A stretch of DNA of 64,000 nucleotides. Source: Candidatus Cryptobacteroides sp. Its GTDB lineage: Bacteria; Bacteroidota; Bacteroidia; Bacteroidales; UBA932. The position numbers and the translations under genes are program-made. Numbering within the stretch: position 1 is the first letter of the stretch; every line of letters starts with the position of its first letter. Shown piece by piece: positions 59,348 to 64,000 of this stretch. The DNA is taken from assembly GCA_045125535.1 (NCBI GenBank), contig JBGVNK010000031.1, positions 22,137 through 86,136 of the forward strand, written 5' to 3'. The notes beneath the pieces are model-generated. The model did not search any database. It worked only from the letters and a program-made list of their open reading frames with translations, and was not told where the DNA came from.

Positions 59348-60250
59348 ATGGAAATAATTGAAAAATTGAAAGCATTTCGTGAGATGCAATTGTTTCCGAA
59401 GCCTATGGGATTAGATTTTGAAAATTGGATGGAAAATTTTCAAAATCCAGAAGATAGGGAGGTTGCTGCTCATGTCTTGCAACATTTTATGTACTTTTCT
59501 GATGAATTGATCGACCAGATGCTTCGTACTGTTATTGGAAGATGTGGTTATTATTTTACTCAATACGATTCCAATTGGACACATAGTAGTTTTAAGAACG
59601 ATTGCTGGTATAGTTTTGTACAGGGGGAGAATTCGGATCATGTAACTGATAGTGGGTATATTTTTACTCGTAAATTAAGGGAAGTTCTTAATATTCCAGA
59701 TGATCGAATTATAAAATTTGATGCATTATTCAAAAAATTAGAAGACCTAAATGATATTCCTCAGAATGTTATATTAGTTGATGATTTCGTTGGAACTGGA
59801 GCTCAGGCTGATACTGCTTGGAATGACCACCGGTTCGGCACATGGTCCCTTACGTTGAGTGAGCATCAAATCAGATATGGTCATCGTATAATTTATGCCC
59901 CTTTGATAGTCAACAGTCTAGGATTCTCAAGGATCAAAGATTATTGTCCGAATTTGCATCTGGAATATATTCATTATTTAGGAATTGAATATAATCTGTT
60001 TAATGTAGATGGTATTTGTTGGTCGGGTAATAAGGATTTATTTAATCGATTCCTGTCCATGATGGAAAGAGTAGCTAATGAACAAAAAATCCCAATAACA
60101 GGTGGTGATGATGTTAATGATGTATGTGGATTTGGGCAACAAGGTCTTGCCTTGGCTTTTAGTCATGGCATTCCTGATGCTTGTCCTGCATTCTTTTATT
60201 GGAATACTGCAAGTTGGAAACCCCTAAAGAAACGTGTCTACCATAGATAA
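59348..60250 (+). CDS. phosphoribosyltransferase-like protein (PRTase-CE-type)
   Basis: PRPP-binding-loop-like VILVDDFVGTGAQ; N-terminal W..NF; C-terminal GFG..GLALAFSHGIPD..P..W. Confidence 0.75.
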   Translation: MEIIEKLKAFREMQLFPKPMGLDFENWMENFQNPEDREVAAHVLQHFMYFSDELIDQMLRTVIGRCGYYFTQYDSNWTHSSFKNDCWYSFVQGENSDHVTDSGYIFTRKLREVLNIPDDRIIKFDALFKKLEDLNDIPQNVILVDDFVGTGAQADTAWNDHRFGTWSLTLSEHQIRYGHRIIYAPLIVNSLGFSRIKDYCPNLHLEYIHYLGIEYNLFNVDGICWSGNKDLFNRFLSMMERVANEQKIPITGGDDVNDVCGFGQQGLALAFSHGIPDACPAFFYWNTASWKPLKKRVYHR

Positions 60251-60258
60251 ATTTGTAT

Positions 60259-62145
60259 ATGATGACTTTAGATGATAAATTAGCAAGACTCGACGAGTTA
60301 TTTGGTAGTTATAAAGCTGAATGGTTAAATGAGAAGATATTTCATTTTTTTGCGGCGCCGAGTTATTTTACGTCACTGAAGGATAAGCGTCCATGTGTGT
60401 TGATGGGAGGTCGTGGCACTGGAAAGACAACAGTATTAAGAGGCTTGTCATATATCGGACAGTACGCTTTGAATAACGATGATATTGATAAGTTTGATCA
60501 AAATAGTTATATTGGTGTATACTTTAGATGTGACACTAATCATGTACATGCTTTCAGTGGCAAAGGGGTTGATACTGAAACTTGGATGAAGATTTTTGCT
60601 CATTATTTTAACCTTATTTTGACATCTGAAATATTGTTTTTTTTGGATTGGCATAAAGATCTTAAGGCTGACGATGAAGTATTGTCGGAACATGCATGTA
60701 GTTTAATTGCTACATCCTTGCATTTAGGCGAGGGGGTAAGTAATTATAAGAAGTTGATAAGTCTTCTAGAAATCGCCATGTATAAGTTCCAGGCTGACAT
60801 AAATAATATAGCTGATGGAAATTTACCCAAGCTGTCATTGGCAGGAGATCCTATCAGAATTATAACAGAACAGGCGCGAAAGTTAAAACAGTTTAGGGGA
60901 AAAACATTTTATTTGTTGATTGATGAATATGAGAATCTTTTGGATTCTCAACAACAGATTATTAATACATTGCTTAAGCATGTACCTCAATCTTATACCA
61001 TTAAGATTGGCGTGCGAGAAATGGGATGGCGTGTCAAGCATACTATGAATAATCAGGAGAGTGTCATCGATCCAGCAGATTATGTGCTATTTAATATTGT
61101 GAATGAGTTTACCGATGAGACACCTGAAAAATTTGAGTCGTTTGCACGTGAAGTCTGTCAATTAAGAATTAAAGATCTACTTGAAGAAGATGGGGTGCGG
61201 TTTGATATAGAAGAGGCGCTAGGAAATTTGCCGTATGAAGATGAGGCTATTCGTCTTGGTGTTGAACAGACTGATTTATATAATGAAATTATAGAATATG
61301 AAAAGAATAATGGGATAGATTTGATGGTTACTCCATTATATAAATTTTTCTTGTCCCATTGGGCGGTAAATCATAATATTATACTAGATGATGAGATAAC
61401 AGATTTTCTACGAAATACAAAAGCGTGGAACACTCGTTATGAAAATTACAAATATAGCTTGCTGTTTAAGATACGAACTGGAAGAGGTAGTGGCGGGGTT
61501 CAGAAATATTATGCAGGTTGGAATACATTCGTTAAGCTAGCGAATGGCAATATCCGATATCTTATGGAATTGGTTTATCGCTCATATTATTTGTATTTGC
61601 AGGAAGGGGGTGATATACGTATACCAGTATCTCCGGATATTCAGACGAAAGCTGCCAGAAATGTTGGATGGAAGAATCTAACAGAGTTGGAAGGCACTTG
61701 GAGCAATGGGGCTCAATTGACTCGTATGGTTCAGACGCTTGGAACCATTTTCTCAAGATTAGCTAAAGAAGGTGAGAACTCTGCTCCTGAAACAGTACAA
61801 TTTGAAATTGAAGGAGAGCGTTCTGCACGCACAGAAGAGTTATTGCAGGCTGGAATAATGAATCTGGCTCTTGTCCGAATGCCTACAAACAAACAGTCTG
61901 GTCGTGGAAGTGTAAAAGAATTTATGTATTCACTCCATCCTATTTTTGCACCATACTTTATATATAGTTTTCGAAGGAAAAGAAAAATGGCTCTATCAGA
62001 TTCTGAATTTTTGTTATGCGTGGATAATCCTAAAAATGCTGTTAAGGATATTTTAAATAGGAGAAATGTAAGTGTTGATAATACAGGTGAAGGTATTGTC
62101 ATTAATCAGTTATCTTTTGATTTTGGAGATTATCATGATAAATAA
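60259..62145 (+). CDS. ORC-CDC6-like/STAND P-loop ATPase
   Basis: Walker A LMGGRGTGKTTVLR, Walker B LLIDEYENL, later Y.GW..F..L.NGNIRYLMEL and Y.LHPIFAPYF motifs. Confidence 0.8.
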   Translation: MMTLDDKLARLDELFGSYKAEWLNEKIFHFFAAPSYFTSLKDKRPCVLMGGRGTGKTTVLRGLSYIGQYALNNDDIDKFDQNSYIGVYFRCDTNHVHAFSGKGVDTETWMKIFAHYFNLILTSEILFFLDWHKDLKADDEVLSEHACSLIATSLHLGEGVSNYKKLISLLEIAMYKFQADINNIADGNLPKLSLAGDPIRIITEQARKLKQFRGKTFYLLIDEYENLLDSQQQIINTLLKHVPQSYTIKIGVREMGWRVKHTMNNQESVIDPADYVLFNIVNEFTDETPEKFESFAREVCQLRIKDLLEEDGVRFDIEEALGNLPYEDEAIRLGVEQTDLYNEIIEYEKNNGIDLMVTPLYKFFLSHWAVNHNIILDDEITDFLRNTKAWNTRYENYKYSLLFKIRTGRGSGGVQKYYAGWNTFVKLANGNIRYLMELVYRSYYLYLQEGGDIRIPVSPDIQTKAARNVGWKNLTELEGTWSNGAQLTRMVQTLGTIFSRLAKEGENSAPETVQFEIEGERSARTEELLQAGIMNLALVRMPTNKQSGRGSVKEFMYSLHPIFAPYFIYSFRRKRKMALSDSEFLLCVDNPKNAVKDILNRRNVSVDNTGEGIVINQLSFDFGDYHDK

Positions 62146-63067
62146 GGATTATTTATACACCAAGATATGGGAAGATTTAAGTGACGTAATTCTGGAGCCC
62201 GATGCCTTGTATATATATGCACAGGATCCTGAAGATAGAAGTCGTCATTGTTCTTCTCATCTTTCTTTGAGAAATACAGATACTATTTTTGAGAAGGTGG
62301 CAATAGACGAGAATGATCATATGATAGTTTCTTCAGATGATAGTATTGTACCATTGAGTAGTATAAGGGCTATCAAAAAGTTCTTCTCTTCATACGTTTT
62401 TAGAGTACTGTATCTGGAAGTGACAGGTATGTGTTGTCGTCTTGTGGCTCCTCTTATGAAGTTTGCAATTCTAAATGGTATTGAGTTAAGGGTTGTATAT
62501 AGCGAACCACAAAAATATCTTATGCATGCATTCCAGAAGGAAGGACTCAATAACGATTTGTCTGAATCGGTCGCGGGAGTCAATCCTTTACCTGGTTTTA
62601 TTAGATTGGTTCCTTTTAAGGAAGAACCAATTTTTGTTACAATGCTGGGTTTTGAAGGTGGACGATTTTCATACCTAGTTACAATTAAACAACCATCATA
62701 TGATAAGATATTGCCAGTAGTTGGAGTTCCTGGGTATAGGATGCATTACCCATATGAAACGTTTTGGGGTAATCGTAATGCTCTTAAGACCACAAAAGCT
62801 TATGAACGATTGATATATGCTGAAGCAAATTCTATTGTAGATGGTTTTCTGATTCTCGGGAAGATTTCCTATGATCATAGGAATCCTAATATGGTAGTAG
62901 CACCAATTGGAACTAAACCACATGCTATTGGAGCTATTTTATATGCTATAAAGAATCCGAATAAAGTAGAGCTTCTGTATGATAACCCACGAAGAAGTTT
63001 GCATAGGACAGAAGGTGTAGGACGTATATTAGTTTGTAATGTTACAAAACTATTTAATGAAAACTGA
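62135..63067 (+). CDS. hypothetical protein with two Rossmann-like (possibly CARF-like) modules
   Basis: YLEVTGM..VVYSEP, LGFEGGR, GVPG, VVAPIGTKPHAIGA, LLYDNP; start overlaps the ATPase stop. Confidence 0.65.
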   Translation: MINKDYLYTKIWEDLSDVILEPDALYIYAQDPEDRSRHCSSHLSLRNTDTIFEKVAIDENDHMIVSSDDSIVPLSSIRAIKKFFSSYVFRVLYLEVTGMCCRLVAPLMKFAILNGIELRVVYSEPQKYLMHAFQKEGLNNDLSESVAGVNPLPGFIRLVPFKEEPIFVTMLGFEGGRFSYLVTIKQPSYDKILPVVGVPGYRMHYPYETFWGNRNALKTTKAYERLIYAEANSIVDGFLILGKISYDHRNPNMVVAPIGTKPHAIGAILYAIKNPNKVELLYDNPRRSLHRTEGVGRILVCNVTKLFNEN

Positions 63068-64000
63068 TATGTCAGGTCCAGATTCATATTATACCCCTCC
63101 CTTACTTGCAGATAAGTTGATAGGCTTTGTTGTCCCTAAGCATGTTTATAATGCAGCTGATTTCTGCGTGGGTGATGGGGATTTACTTAAGGCAGTTGCA
63201 AAGAGATTTCCAAAAGTAGAATTATATGGTACTGATATATCAGATGAGGCTTTAACGAAACTATCAAGGGATTGTCCCTATTGGCATTTAGGAGAATGTG
63301 ATTTCAGAAAGGATGATTCTGTCGTTAATGTACCCTTTTTAAAGGAAGGAGCATTTGACTTAATTGTAATGAATCCTCCATTTACATGTAAAGGTAGTGT
63401 CGCTGAAACTATTCAATTTGACGATGTGGAATACCGTGTAAGTACGGCTATGTTATTCTTGATGCGAGCTTTAAAATATCTATCCCGAAATGGCGGGTTG
63501 TATGCCATAATGCCTATCAGTTGTGTGTATTCAATCAAGGATAGAAAAGCATGGAATTATTTGAAAGAACGATATAACGCATGTATATTGGAGGAACCGA
63601 ATAAAATCAGTTTTGCTAACAGATGTGCACCCAATATAGTTTTAGTATATGTCGGACACTATCATGTTAAAGGATTGGAAAAATCAAAGTTATTTGATTT
63701 TTCAAAATTTTCAGTTATATCGATAAAGAGAGGATGTGTTCGTATGCAGAATCTGCGATATAGTAAATCAAAAAATGCGGTCCGTCTCATTCATACGACA
63801 AATCTTAAAAATGGTAAGTTAGTGAATTTGAAACGCATAGAATCTGGTCAGAATAATTTTATAACTGGAAGTGGTATTGTTATTCCGCGCGTATGTAATC
63901 CCAGTCCCAATAAGATTGTTCTGGTAGATGAGGATACAGTATATGCGCTCTCTGATTGCGTTGTTTTTATAAATACAGATTCTCGTATGAATGCAGTAAA
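63057..64000 (+). CDS. N6-adenine DNA methyltransferase (gamma-class motif order), truncated by window end
   Basis: Not in ORF track. Manual translation MKTDMSGPDSYYTPPLLADKL..ADFCVGDGDLL (SAM motif I)..YGTDIS..FDLIVMNPPF (motif IV). Confidence 0.85.
   Translation, partial: MKTDMSGPDSYYTPPLLADKLIGFVVPKHVYNAADFCVGDGDLLKAVAKRFPKVELYGTDISDEALTKLSRDCPYWHLGECDFRKDDSVVNVPFLKEGAFDLIVMNPPFTCKGSVAETIQFDDVEYRVSTAMLFLMRALKYLSRNGGLYAIMPISCVYSIKDRKAWNYLKERYNACILEEPNKISFANRCAPNIVLVYVGHYHVKGLEKSKLFDFSKFSVISIKRGCVRMQNLRYSKSKNAVRLIHTTNLKNGKLVNLKRIESGQNNFITGSGIVIPRVCNPSPNKIVLVDEDTVYALSDCVVFINTDSRMNAV

Overview
Chromosomal window from a Bacteroidota (Bacteroidales) genome, judged from the recurring TAnnTTTG -7 promoter boxes, a UpxY antiterminator and a tmRNA with a GNNSYALAA tag. 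1-24.9 kb is mostly housekeeping: M16 peptidase, LysR, nifJ/PFOR, tRNA-Arg, fabD, S9 peptidase, WYL regulator, recG, pdxA, rnhA, rfbC, rfbD, secA, bactofilin, tRNA-Val and tmRNA. It is interrupted by an AT-rich three-gene islet (14.5-16.7 kb). The last gene of the islet (possible BECR/LPD3-like RNase) is faced by an unannotated, promoter- and terminator-bounded structured RNA of about 130 nt. 25-59.3 kb is a mosaic Wzx/Wzy surface-polysaccharide locus with dTDP-sugar and aminosugar genes and an ACP/SDR/transketolase/AMP-ligase/LuxE/LuxC acyl-modification module. It carries non-glycan insertions: a TM protein + ComEC-type MBL hydrolase pair, and a hypothetical gene flanked by a duplicated gene end. 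59.3-64 kb is a tightly coupled operon of PRTase-like protein, STAND/ORC-CDC6-like ATPase, Rossmann-like protein and N6-adenine methyltransferase, a candidate anti-phage system that runs off the window. Palindromic REP-like elements occur between genes and as in-frame insertions in genes. All family calls rest on motif recognition by eye; no database search was run.
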